Part shown: positions 1-7,579 of the stretch, piece by piece
Layout of the letters: the number at the start of each line of letters is the position of its first letter
Numbering within the stretch: the first letter of the stretch is position 1
NCBI RefSeq assembly: GCF_001644705.1
Contig: NZ_CP015137.1
Coordinates: forward strand, 2,700,001 to 2,732,000
From: Dickeya solani IPO 2222
GTDB lineage: Bacteria > Pseudomonadota > Gammaproteobacteria > Enterobacterales > Enterobacteriaceae
Length of the DNA: 32,000 bases
Direction: 5' to 3'
Notes under the pieces: model-generated
The model's input: the letters and a program-made list of their open reading frames with translations, nothing else
Database searches by the model: none
What the model was told of the DNA's origin: nothing
Program-made: the position numbers and the translations under genes

Positions 1-355
1 TCAGCGCGGGCAGCAGCCGGTGGTGATCCGCCAACCATTGCAGCGATGCGTTGGCGTAGATGATGTCCTGCGGCGCATCCGGCCGCCAACCGGCGATGTC
101 CGTCTCCTGAAACGTGCAGCCCGGCAGGCGTTGCCGCGCCTGTTGTAGCATGGCGCTTGAGTTGTCCACGCCGGTGACCCGCGCCTGCGGCCACGCCTGA
201 TGCAGCAGCTCGGTACTGTTGCCGGGGCCACAGCCCAGATCGGTGATGGCAATGGGAGCGGGATGGGAAATGCGGGATAACAGTTCAAGGGCGGGGCGGG
301 TACGTTCGCCGGCAAAGCGCAGGTAAAGCTCGGGGTTCCAGTCTTGCATAGCCAT
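1..355 (-). CDS. tam: trans-aconitate 2-methyltransferase, N-terminal ~118 codons; the gene runs off the left edge of the window
   Basis: Hand translation of the minus strand from the ATG at 355 gives [92 protein letters not shown]...[21 protein letters not shown]. This matches E. coli Tam as I recall it, including DWNPxLYLxF, the SAM-binding [10 protein letters not shown] and ANASLQWL. The ORF track omits it because no stop lies in the window; the listed 1..402 ORF is a different frame. Confidence 0.8.
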   Translation of the reverse strand, partial: MAMQDWNPELYLRFAGERTRPALELLSRISHPAPIAITDLGCGPGNSTELLHQAWPQARVTGVDNSSAMLQQARQRLPGCTFQETDIAGWRPDAPQDIIYANASLQWLADHHRLLPAL

Positions 356-481
356 ATCCTCTGCAGGGTGGTGCGATGGGTAAAGCCGAGGAGTAGCAGC
401 ATAAGAAGTTAGGGCGGTTTTTTCCATCCGCCATCGGGAAAAGCAGCACAATCGGTCCCTGGTTGCGCTGCGAAGCGCCGG

Positions 482-754
482 TTACCCCAACTGTTGCTGG
501 AACTGCTGCCACTGGTTCTGCAACCCATCAATGTTCTGCTGTTCCCAGTCGCTGTCGTAGGACGAGGTCTTCAGGTAGTGACTGAAACTGTCGAACCAGC
601 CGTCAACGTTGCCGCCGCTTGCCAGCGCGAAGATTTGCTGGCGTTTGACCTGCAAATCGCTGGTGCCGGTGTTGTATTTCTGTAGCTGGCTTTGCGCCCA
701 CACCGCGCGAGCGGTGTCTCCCACTTCAATGCCAATGCGGTATTCCCCTTCCAT
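482..754 (-). CDS. hypothetical protein (90 codons), or the C-terminal half of a frameshifted ~160-aa gene
   Basis: ORF-track ORF MEGEYRIGIEVGDTARAVWAQ...QNQWQQFQQQLG. Its ATG shares one base with the stop of the upstream ORF (TGATG at 752-756). I recognise no family. Confidence 0.45.
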   Translation of the reverse strand: MEGEYRIGIEVGDTARAVWAQSQLQKYNTGTSDLQVKRQQIFALASGGNVDGWFDSFSHYLKTSSYDSDWEQQNIDGLQNQWQQFQQQLG

Positions 755-963
755 CAGCGCCTTGCCGATGGTGTCTTCATCGGTGTGGCGTGGTGCCAGC
801 GGGCCAGCGTTTCTTCAGACACCTTGATGCTGGCGGGGAATTCAATGGTTTTTCCGGTCAGGGGATCGATTTTCGTCGCATCGGTGCTTTGCGCGGCGTC
901 GGATGGCGTGGTGTTCTGGGGTTGAGAACTGCTATAACCCGTATTGGTAACAGACAGACTCAT
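754..963 (-). CDS. hypothetical protein (69 codons), or the N-terminal half of a frameshifted gene
   Basis: ORF MSLSVTNTGYSSSQPQNTTPSDAAQSTDATKIDPLTGKTIEFPASIKVSEETLARWHHA... has an S/T/Q-rich N-terminus. It is transcribed the same way as the 482..754 ORF and adjoins it. I recognise no family. Confidence 0.4.
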   Translation of the reverse strand: MSLSVTNTGYSSSQPQNTTPSDAAQSTDATKIDPLTGKTIEFPASIKVSEETLARWHHATPMKTPSARR

Positions 964-1072
964 ACTCTCTCCTTAACTATGATAAGCGTTAGCCTGTCTG
1001 TTATCGGTAAGTGTAAAAGAGATCTTTACAAATGTTTCAGAATGTTATTATCAGGCGACGTACCTACATGCG

Positions 1073-1135
1073 CTGTTTGCGTTATCACCGAGGGTGTTTA
1101 CGTTATGGTCGATCGTGTTTACGTTATGATTGATT
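1073..1135. repeat. three tandem imperfect 21-bp direct repeats (core TGTTTRCGTTAT)
   Basis: The copies are ctgtttgcgttatcaccgagg (1073-1093), gtgtttacgttatggtcgatc (1094-1114) and gtgtttacgttatgattgatt (1115-1135). Copies 2 and 3 match at 18/21. The array lies in the non-coding gap between the minus-strand small ORF (start 963) and prfC (start 1396). Confidence 0.85.
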
Positions 1136-1395
1136 GTGCCGGGCTGGCAAATCGGGGAAAATGGACGGCTTATTTATGTCTGTCGCTACTTATGCCTGTC
1201 ACTTAAGCCTGTGTGGGGGAAAACGCGTGTAAAAGTGCTTAATGGAATCTCTCAGCCATGCGGCCGCGCTTACTGCGTGTGCTGATGGCTTAACTGATTG
1301 GCATTAGACAGCTTGATGTCTGTATTTTCCGCTTTGCCTGATGCGGCGTGCGATGCGCGTGTCGGGCGGCTAACTATTAAAGAAGCCTGAATAAC

Positions 1396-2985
1396 ATGTC
1401 TCCAAGTGAATACGCACGCGAAGTCTCGAAACGTCGGACATTCGCCATTATCTCTCACCCCGACGCCGGTAAAACCACCATTACGGAAAAGGTGCTGCTG
1501 TTCGGACAGGCGATTCAGGTCGCCGGTACGGTGAAAGGACGCGGCTCCAGCCAGCACGCCAAATCCGACTGGATGGAGATGGAAAAGCAGCGTGGTATCT
1601 CGATTACCACCTCGGTGATGCAGTTTCCTTACCATGAATGCCTGGTCAACCTGCTGGATACGCCGGGGCACGAAGACTTTTCCGAAGACACCTACCGTAC
1701 GCTGACCGCCGTCGACTGCTGCCTGATGGTGATCGACGCCGCCAAGGGCGTTGAGGATCGGACCCGCAAGCTGATGGAAGTCACCCGTCTGCGCGACACG
1801 CCGATCCTGACCTTTATGAACAAGCTCGACCGCGATATCCGCGACCCGATGGAAGTGCTGGACGAAGTGGAAAGGGAGCTGCACATCGCCTGTGCGCCGA
1901 TTACCTGGCCGATCGGCTGCGGTAAGCTGTTCAAGGGCGTGTACCACCTCTACAAGGATGAAACCTATCTTTATCAGAGTGGTATGGGACACACCATTCA
2001 GGCCGTGCGCATCGTTAAAGGGCTGGATAATCCGGAGCTGGATCAGGCGGTGGGCGAGGATCTGGCCGCGCAGTTGCGCGATGAGCTGGAACTGGTAAAA
2101 GGCGCGTCCCACGAGTTTGAACAGGAAGCGTTCCTGAACGGCGAACTGACGCCGGTATTCTTCGGCACCGCGCTGGGCAACTTTGGCGTGGACCATATGC
2201 TGGACGGGCTGGTAGCATGGGCGCCCGCGCCGATGCCGCGTAAGACCGACGCGCGCGTGGTCAGCGCCGACGAAGAGAAGTTCAGCGGCTTTGTGTTCAA
2301 GATTCAGGCCAATATGGACCCGAAACACCGCGACCGCGTGGCGTTCATGCGCGTGGTGTCCGGCCGGTACGATAAAGGCATGAAACTGCGTCAGGTGCGC
2401 ACCGGTAAAGACGTGGTGATCTCCGACGCGCTGACCTTCATGGCGGGCGACCGTTCCCACGTGGAAGAAGCTTACCCAGGCGACATCATCGGTTTGCACA
2501 ACCACGGCACGATCCAGATCGGCGATACCTTTACCCAGGGTGAAGAGCTGAAATTCACCGGTATTCCTAACTTTGCGCCGGAACTGTTTCGTCGTATCCG
2601 CCTGCGTGACCCGCTCAGACAGAAACAACTGCTGAAAGGGCTGGTGCAGCTGTCCGAAGAGGGCGCGGTGCAGGTGTTCCGTCCGCTGATCAATAACGAT
2701 CTGATCGTGGGTGCGGTCGGGGTGTTGCAGTTTGACGTGGTGGTGGCGCGCCTGAAATCCGAATACAACGTGGAAGCGGTGTACGAGTCGGTGAACGTTT
2801 CTACGGCCCGTTGGGTCGAGTGCGACGACGTGAAGAAATTTGAAGAGTTCAAGCGCAAGAACGAACAGTATCTGGCGCTTGATGGCGGCGACAATCTGGC
2901 ATACGTGGCGCCGACCATGGTTAACCTCAATCTCGCGCAGGAACGCTATCCTGACGTGAAGTTCCATAAAACCCGCGAGCATTAA
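1396..2985 (+). CDS. prfC: peptide chain release factor 3 (translational GTPase)
   Basis: The 529-aa ORF begins [41 protein letters not shown] and carries G-domain motifs AHPDAGKT-like, DTPGHEDF and NKLD. It is full length and collinear with enterobacterial RF3. Confidence 0.98.
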   Translation: MSPSEYAREVSKRRTFAIISHPDAGKTTITEKVLLFGQAIQVAGTVKGRGSSQHAKSDWMEMEKQRGISITTSVMQFPYHECLVNLLDTPGHEDFSEDTYRTLTAVDCCLMVIDAAKGVEDRTRKLMEVTRLRDTPILTFMNKLDRDIRDPMEVLDEVERELHIACAPITWPIGCGKLFKGVYHLYKDETYLYQSGMGHTIQAVRIVKGLDNPELDQAVGEDLAAQLRDELELVKGASHEFEQEAFLNGELTPVFFGTALGNFGVDHMLDGLVAWAPAPMPRKTDARVVSADEEKFSGFVFKIQANMDPKHRDRVAFMRVVSGRYDKGMKLRQVRTGKDVVISDALTFMAGDRSHVEEAYPGDIIGLHNHGTIQIGDTFTQGEELKFTGIPNFAPELFRRIRLRDPLRQKQLLKGLVQLSEEGAVQVFRPLINNDLIVGAVGVLQFDVVVARLKSEYNVEAVYESVNVSTARWVECDDVKKFEEFKRKNEQYLALDGGDNLAYVAPTMVNLNLAQERYPDVKFHKTREH

Positions 2986-3324
2986 TCGCCGGTTTACCGC
3001 CCACTCTGTCCGGGGTGGGCTGCTTGCCTATCATTCCTTAGCGATCAACACATTGTCGCTGCTTCCCGGACGATTTTTCCGCCACGGACAAATCTGAAAT
3101 CACCGCCTGCCGGCCGCTCTGCGCTGGGCTTTTCACTCTCATTGGCTATAGTTAACCGTGTGTTACGGCTTTGGTTCATTTAACTATCATTAGCCTGTGT
3201 AGTGGTTTGTTCTGTTGATTTTATGCGTTTAATTAACGCGATAATCTGACGAATCATGGCAGATCGATCTGGGCTGATGGGTAAACCTGTTGTGAAACAG
3301 GCAATAACGATAAGGAAGGTATCG

Positions 3325-3945
3325 ATGAAAAAGACCAAATTTGCATTTTCGCTGGCGACGGTGGTTCTGGGAACGGTGCTGGCGGGTGGTCAGGCGCTGG
3401 CTGACCAGGAAACGCTGGCGCAGCAGGCGCAGCGTATCGCCGATACCGCAGGTAAAAAAATCGATAGTTCCGTACAGCAGGCCGCGGGCTATATGGATGA
3501 CAGCACCCTCACCGCCAGAGTGAAAAGCGCGCTGCTGAAAGATGAAACGCTCGACAGCAATGACATTTCCGTTTCCACCCGCGATGGCGTGGTGACGCTC
3601 AGCGGCTTTATCAGCAGCCAGCAGATGGCGACCGGCGCGGTGAAAATCGCTGCTCAGACCGAAGGGGTCAAGTCGGTCAGTGATAAATTGCAGGTGAAGG
3701 ATAACAGCGGCGTGCAGTCGGTCGGCGCGTATGCCGACGACACCCTCACCACCAGCACCATCAAGGCCAAACTGCTGGCGGATGACATTGTCCCCTCCCG
3801 CCACATTAAGGTAGAAACCCACGATGGCGTAGTGCTACTGACCGGTCAGGTGACGAATCGGGAGCAGGCCGATCGGGCGGAAGCTATCGCCAAAAACGTA
3901 AGCGGCGTCAAAAACGTCAAGAACGAGCTGACGGTGAAATCCTGA
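3325..3945 (+). CDS. osmY: periplasmic osmotically inducible protein OsmY (two BON domains)
   Basis: An internal ATG at 3325 follows aaggaagg. It gives [26 protein letters not shown] (signal peptide), then [14 protein letters not shown]...VVTLSGF and [31 protein letters not shown]...[18 protein letters not shown], matching E. coli OsmY. The prfC-osmY-ytjA synteny is the same as in E. coli. Confidence 0.93.
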   Translation: MKKTKFAFSLATVVLGTVLAGGQALADQETLAQQAQRIADTAGKKIDSSVQQAAGYMDDSTLTARVKSALLKDETLDSNDISVSTRDGVVTLSGFISSQQMATGAVKIAAQTEGVKSVSDKLQVKDNSGVQSVGAYADDTLTTSTIKAKLLADDIVPSRHIKVETHDGVVLLTGQVTNREQADRAEAIAKNVSGVKNVKNELTVKS

Positions 3946-4064
3946 TGCGCCTCGCCGCCGTTATTCCCTTTATGACTGACCGTGGACGTCGCCCGGCGTA
4001 CGCTGCCCGGTTCAGGGGCGTACTGGCGGCGGCATCCTCGCCTTTTCGCACGCAGGGAGGTCTG

Positions 4065-4226
4065 ATGTTTCGCTGGGGCATTATTTTTCTCATTATCGCC
4101 GTGATCGCCGCCGCGCTCGGGTTTGGCAGTCTGGCCGGTACGGCTGCGATGGCCGCCAAAATCGTGTTTGTGGTTGGGATTATCCTGTTCCTGCTCAGTT
4201 TGTTTATGGGGCGACGCCGGCCATAG
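4065..4226 (+). CDS. ytjA: small membrane protein YtjA (DUF1328 family)
   Basis: An ATG at 4065 follows gggagg. The product [53 protein letters not shown] is almost identical to E. coli YtjA as I recall it. The longer 3945 start in the track is an upstream extension. Confidence 0.85.
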   Translation: MFRWGIIFLIIAVIAAALGFGSLAGTAAMAAKIVFVVGIILFLLSLFMGRRRP

Positions 4227-4322
4227 CTTGTCTGACGCCGAAGCCATACGGTTGTCATATTTCTCCGCCACACTGTCCATGCTGTTTTTTTGTCCGACTT
4301 TTGTGCTGTTCTGGGGGTCATC

Positions 4323-4514
4323 ATGATGAATCTGGATGTCGCCATCGGCAGATGGAAGCAGTGGAAAGGGTGTCTGTGGGAACTGTGGGCCGAGTGCTTT
4401 GACAGCGACGGTGCCTGGGTGTCGGGAAATCACGGTTTTCTGGCCGGTGTGATGCAGGAATATTACGGAAAAGAGCAGGACAAGGTATCCTCGGAGCATG
4501 ACAGTCTGCACTGA
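4323..4514 (+). CDS. CsbD/YjbJ-like general stress protein (63 aa)
   Basis: MMNLDVAIGRWKQWKGCLWELWAECFDSDGAWVSGNHGFLAGVMQEYYGKEQDKVSSEHD follows the CsbD pattern (G.WKQ.KG...W......D......G....L.G..QE.YG...D). The ATG at 4323 is preceded by ggggg. Confidence 0.65.
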   Translation: MMNLDVAIGRWKQWKGCLWELWAECFDSDGAWVSGNHGFLAGVMQEYYGKEQDKVSSEHDSLH

Positions 4515-4524
4515 GGGATAACCA

Positions 4525-5397
4525 TTGCCCACCCACTCTTTGTCCGATGACTTATCCGATGGCGCGATGGCGGCCGGGGAGGCCGATCGCGCGCAGACGG
4601 CGAACGTCGGGTTTATCGATACCCATTGCCACTTTGATTTTCCCCTGTTCGCTGAAAATGACGCCGGCAGCCTGGCGCAGGCGGCGCAGGCGGGTGTCCA
4701 CCGTCTGATTGTGCCGGCCGTGGCCGCCGAACATTTTGAGCGGGTGCTGGAACTCAGCCAGCGCTGGCCTGCCCTGTACGCCGCGCTGGGGCTGCACCCG
4801 CTGTATATCGCCGGGCATCAGGACGCCCATCTGGCCGAGCTGGCGTCCCTGCTGGCGCGGCCACATCCCCGTCTGGTAGCGGTCGGGGAGATCGGCCTGG
4901 ATCTTTACATGCCGGAACCGCAATTTGAACGGCAAAAAGCGTTTCTGGGCGCGCAGCTTAAGCTGGCGGCCCAGCGCGATCTGCCGGTTATCCTCCATTC
5001 CCGCCGCAGTCACGATCAGCTGGCGCAAATACTGCGCCGTTACCCGGTTCCCTGTACCGGCGTGGTGCACGGTTTTGCCGGCAGCTACGATCAGGCCATG
5101 ACCTTTATCCGCCTTGGTTACTACATCGGCGTGGGCGGCACCATTACCTATCCGCGTGCCAACAAGACCCGCCAGGCGATTGCGCGCCTGCCGCTCGACC
5201 GGCTGTTGCTGGAGACCGATGCGCCGGATATGCCGGTGTACGGGTTTCAGGGGCAACCGAATCGCCCGGAGCGTATTACTGCCGTGTTCGACACGCTGTG
5301 CGAATTACGCCCGGAATGGCCGCAGGTCATTGCGGGCGCCATTCTCGCCAACACTCTGCGGCTATTTCCGGGGTTGCAGTCGCCGGAGCCTCATTAA
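4525..5397 (+). CDS. yjjV: TatD-family metal-dependent hydrolase (YjjV-like)
   Basis: FIDTHCHFDFP, VAVGEIGLDL, LPVILHSRR, GVVHGFAGS, GVGGTITYPRANKTR, LLLETDAPDMP and FQGQPNRPE are collinear with E. coli YjjV. The start is uncertain: TTG 4525 has GAGGGA 6-7 nt upstream, and the in-frame ATG at 4567 is the alternative. Confidence 0.85.
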   Translation: MPTHSLSDDLSDGAMAAGEADRAQTANVGFIDTHCHFDFPLFAENDAGSLAQAAQAGVHRLIVPAVAAEHFERVLELSQRWPALYAALGLHPLYIAGHQDAHLAELASLLARPHPRLVAVGEIGLDLYMPEPQFERQKAFLGAQLKLAAQRDLPVILHSRRSHDQLAQILRRYPVPCTGVVHGFAGSYDQAMTFIRLGYYIGVGGTITYPRANKTRQAIARLPLDRLLLETDAPDMPVYGFQGQPNRPERITAVFDTLCELRPEWPQVIAGAILANTLRLFPGLQSPEPH

Positions 5398-5660
5398 TCC
5401 GCCTGATGTTGCCGCCACCGGTGCGGTCTCCGACATACCGCTGGCGCTTAACGTCGGGCCATAATACTGGCGTTTATTGCATCAATTGCTTTACTTTACG
5501 TTATCATTGGCGGCATCGGCAGGTACTTTGTCCAACCTGATGAGCGCCAGCATTGCCGATTTCTTTCTGGCGCTGGGTGCTGGCATAACGGTGGTCGGTG
5601 TTTCGCCGGATGCGTTCACGTTCAGTTGGCGATACATCGTCTTATTTACCGGAGAGCTTG

Positions 5661-6419
5661 ATGGCGAACGGCTTACATCTGGTTGCAGAGTGCAGTGACA
5701 TGCTTTCTTCATTTATCAAAAATATCGAGTGGTTGACCGTCCGCCAGGCCGGGAATGACACCGCTTATCCTGGGCATTGCGCGCGCTGTTATTTCGACCT
5801 GTCGGCGTACCGCGATGATCTGTTTTTCCGGGCTGGTATTGCCGTCCCGGCGGAAATTACGCGCTCGGTGCCGAAACGCCGGGCAGAGTACCTGGCGGGG
5901 CGTTATCTGGCCAAAACGGTGTTGTCCCGGCTGGGGGTGAATGGCTATGTACTGACTAGCGCGGCCGATCGCTCGCCGCAGTGGCCGGAGCGGATCGCCG
6001 GATCGCTCAGCCACAACATTGACAGCGTGCTGTGCGCCGCACATCAATGCCGCCACGACGCGTCTTGCGTTGGGCTGGATATCGAAACCCGGATGAACGC
6101 CGAGCGCGCCAATAACTTGTGGCCCGGCATCGCCGATGAGATTGAGTATGACTGGCTGCATTCCCACCATCCCATCAGTTTCGCCAGTATGCTGACGCTG
6201 AGTTTTTCCGCCAAAGAAAGCCTGTACAAAGCATTGTATCCACAGGTAAAACGTTACTTCGATTTTCTGGATGTCCGCATGGTCGGGCTGGATACCGTAC
6301 AGCAGACCTTCACACTGCAGTTGCTGACCGACCTGTCGCCAGGCTATCTGGCGGGGCGTCGTTTCTCGGGAACCTACCAATTGCGGGAAAGCGATATCAC
6401 CACGTTTCTGTTTGACTGA
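5661..6419 (+). CDS. 4'-phosphopantetheinyl transferase, EntD/Sfp-type
   Basis: Motifs KRRAEYLAGRYLAK, GSLSH, GLDIE and FSAKESLYKA are typical of EntD-like PPTases. The start is uncertain: ATG 5661 follows ggagag, with ATG 5700 as the alternative. Confidence 0.8.
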   Translation: MANGLHLVAECSDMLSSFIKNIEWLTVRQAGNDTAYPGHCARCYFDLSAYRDDLFFRAGIAVPAEITRSVPKRRAEYLAGRYLAKTVLSRLGVNGYVLTSAADRSPQWPERIAGSLSHNIDSVLCAAHQCRHDASCVGLDIETRMNAERANNLWPGIADEIEYDWLHSHHPISFASMLTLSFSAKESLYKALYPQVKRYFDFLDVRMVGLDTVQQTFTLQLLTDLSPGYLAGRRFSGTYQLRESDITTFLFD

Positions 6420-6460
6420 ACAGGATGCCATTGACGTCACGACAACAAGGAGCGACACAC

Positions 6461-7225
6461 ATGAAGATGACCGGCAACACGATACTGATTACCGGCGGCG
6501 GCTCGGGCATCGGGCTGGGGCTGGCGGCGGCGTTTCACCAGCGGGGCAACCAGGTGATCATCGCCGGGCGGCGCGAGGCGACGTTGCGGCAGGCGGCGGC
6601 CGACTTTCCCGGTATGGCCTGGCGGGTACTGGATCAGCGCGATCCCGCCGCCATCAGCGCCTTTGTCGGGCAACTGACGCTGGATTATCCGGCGCTCAAT
6701 GTGCTGATTAATAACGCCGGTATTCAGCGACGCGAAGACCTGACCCAGCCGGATCCGCAACTGATTGACGATACGGTATCGACCAACCTGCTGGGGCCGC
6801 TGTGGCTAACCGGCGTATTGATCCCGCATCTGCTGCGCCAGCCGCACGCGGCGGTACTGAACGTGACGTCGGAGCTGGCGTTTCTGCCGCAGGCGATGAC
6901 CCCAACCTATTGCGCCAGCAAAGCGGCGCTGCATGCCTACACCGACGCGCTGCGCTGCCAGTTGCGCCAGACGTCGGTACAGGTCATCGAGATTATTCCA
7001 CCCTGGGTGCAGACCGGATTGCAGGGCGAATGGGGCTATGATCCGCGCGCCATGCCGTTGCCGGACTTTATTGAAGAAACGCTGGCTTTGCTGTCGCAAC
7101 AGCCGGAGGCCGACGAGATTGTGGTGGAGCGCGCCCGCGCGCTGCGATTTGCCGAGCGGGAGGGGGCTTACGCCGAGCGTTTTCGGGCGTTCAACGTTGA
7201 CCCGGAAACGGAAATCGACGATTAA
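6461..7225 (+). CDS. short-chain dehydrogenase/reductase (DltE/COG3967-like SDR)
   Basis: The ATG at 6461 sits 8 nt after aaggag. The product has TGGGSGIGLGLA (Rossmann TGxxxGIG), NNAG and YCASKAALHAY (the catalytic YxxxK). Confidence 0.85.
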   Translation: MKMTGNTILITGGGSGIGLGLAAAFHQRGNQVIIAGRREATLRQAAADFPGMAWRVLDQRDPAAISAFVGQLTLDYPALNVLINNAGIQRREDLTQPDPQLIDDTVSTNLLGPLWLTGVLIPHLLRQPHAAVLNVTSELAFLPQAMTPTYCASKAALHAYTDALRCQLRQTSVQVIEIIPPWVQTGLQGEWGYDPRAMPLPDFIEETLALLSQQPEADEIVVERARALRFAEREGAYAERFRAFNVDPETEIDD

Positions 7226-7498
7226 AAACGTACCCGGTTTGTGTTTCTCCGTCCTGGCGACATATTGTCTGGCTTGTTTTCCGGATGAAAACTGTGTCTG
7301 GATGTAATATTTCATGTTTTATGATGTGTTTTGGTTTGTGCAACCGCCTCAATTTTAGGCTGTTGGTGCGGACTATTTCTCCATGTTTTTATAATGGTTT
7401 TTATTTTATCATTGTAGATCAATAAATTGTGTTTACGGTTTTCCTCTGCATCCTTTGCCGCAATGCGCTTCTTCCGATTTTATTCCCGCTGTATTCAT

Positions 7499-7525
7499 TA
7501 ATCCCCTGCGTTAACATGCCGATAA
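7499..7525 (+). promoter_or_regulatory. candidate FliA (sigma28) promoter for the chemoreceptor gene
   Basis: A perfect -10 element GCCGATAA lies at 7518-7525. Exactly 11 nt upstream is taatcccc, which matches only the TAA of the -35 consensus TAAAGTTT. The element is about 55 nt upstream of the MCP start. Confidence 0.5.
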
Positions 7526-7579
7526 CTAATGTAATGTTTTGTATAGATTTAGCATAAACGTGCCCTCTTAAAGGAAAAA

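Noticed and set aside
1073-1135. Reading the 21-bp repeats as PhoP boxes (TGTTTA-N5-TGTTTA) or CpxR boxes (GTAAA-N5-GTAAA on the other strand).
   Set aside because: The well-conserved hexamers recur every 21 bp, not every 10-11 bp. The sequences at the expected second half-site positions (TGGTCG, TGATTG) are poor matches. I kept only the generic statement that these are phased direct repeats.
1270-2982. A 570-codon ORF antisense to the whole of prfC. Similar long antisense ORFs lie opposite the MCP (8186..9229), the binding protein (14484..15410), ahpF (17594..18313), the XAT gene (19876..20649), hpxD (22757..23746), hpxO (25228..25956) and the P-type ATPase (26900..28054).
   Set aside because: Their products are low-complexity and R/A/G/H-rich, with no recognisable motifs. 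The sense-strand genes are unambiguous. In GC-rich genomes with strong third-position bias, stop codons are depleted on the complementary frame, so such shadow ORFs are expected.
2999-3020. A hairpin gcccac...gtgggc after prfC, considered as a terminator. A similar GC-rich hairpin lies between osmY and ytjA (about 3985-4025).
   Set aside because: The stems are short or bulged and are not followed by a T-run. They are insufficient to call intrinsic terminators.
5477-5698. A 73-codon plus-strand ORF (TTG start) and the opposite 5491..5712 ORF in the yjjV-PPTase gap.
   Set aside because: Neither has an SD or a recognisable family, and the plus-strand ORF overlaps the PPTase start region. At most this is a remnant of a decayed membrane-protein gene, as mentioned under the PPTase finding.
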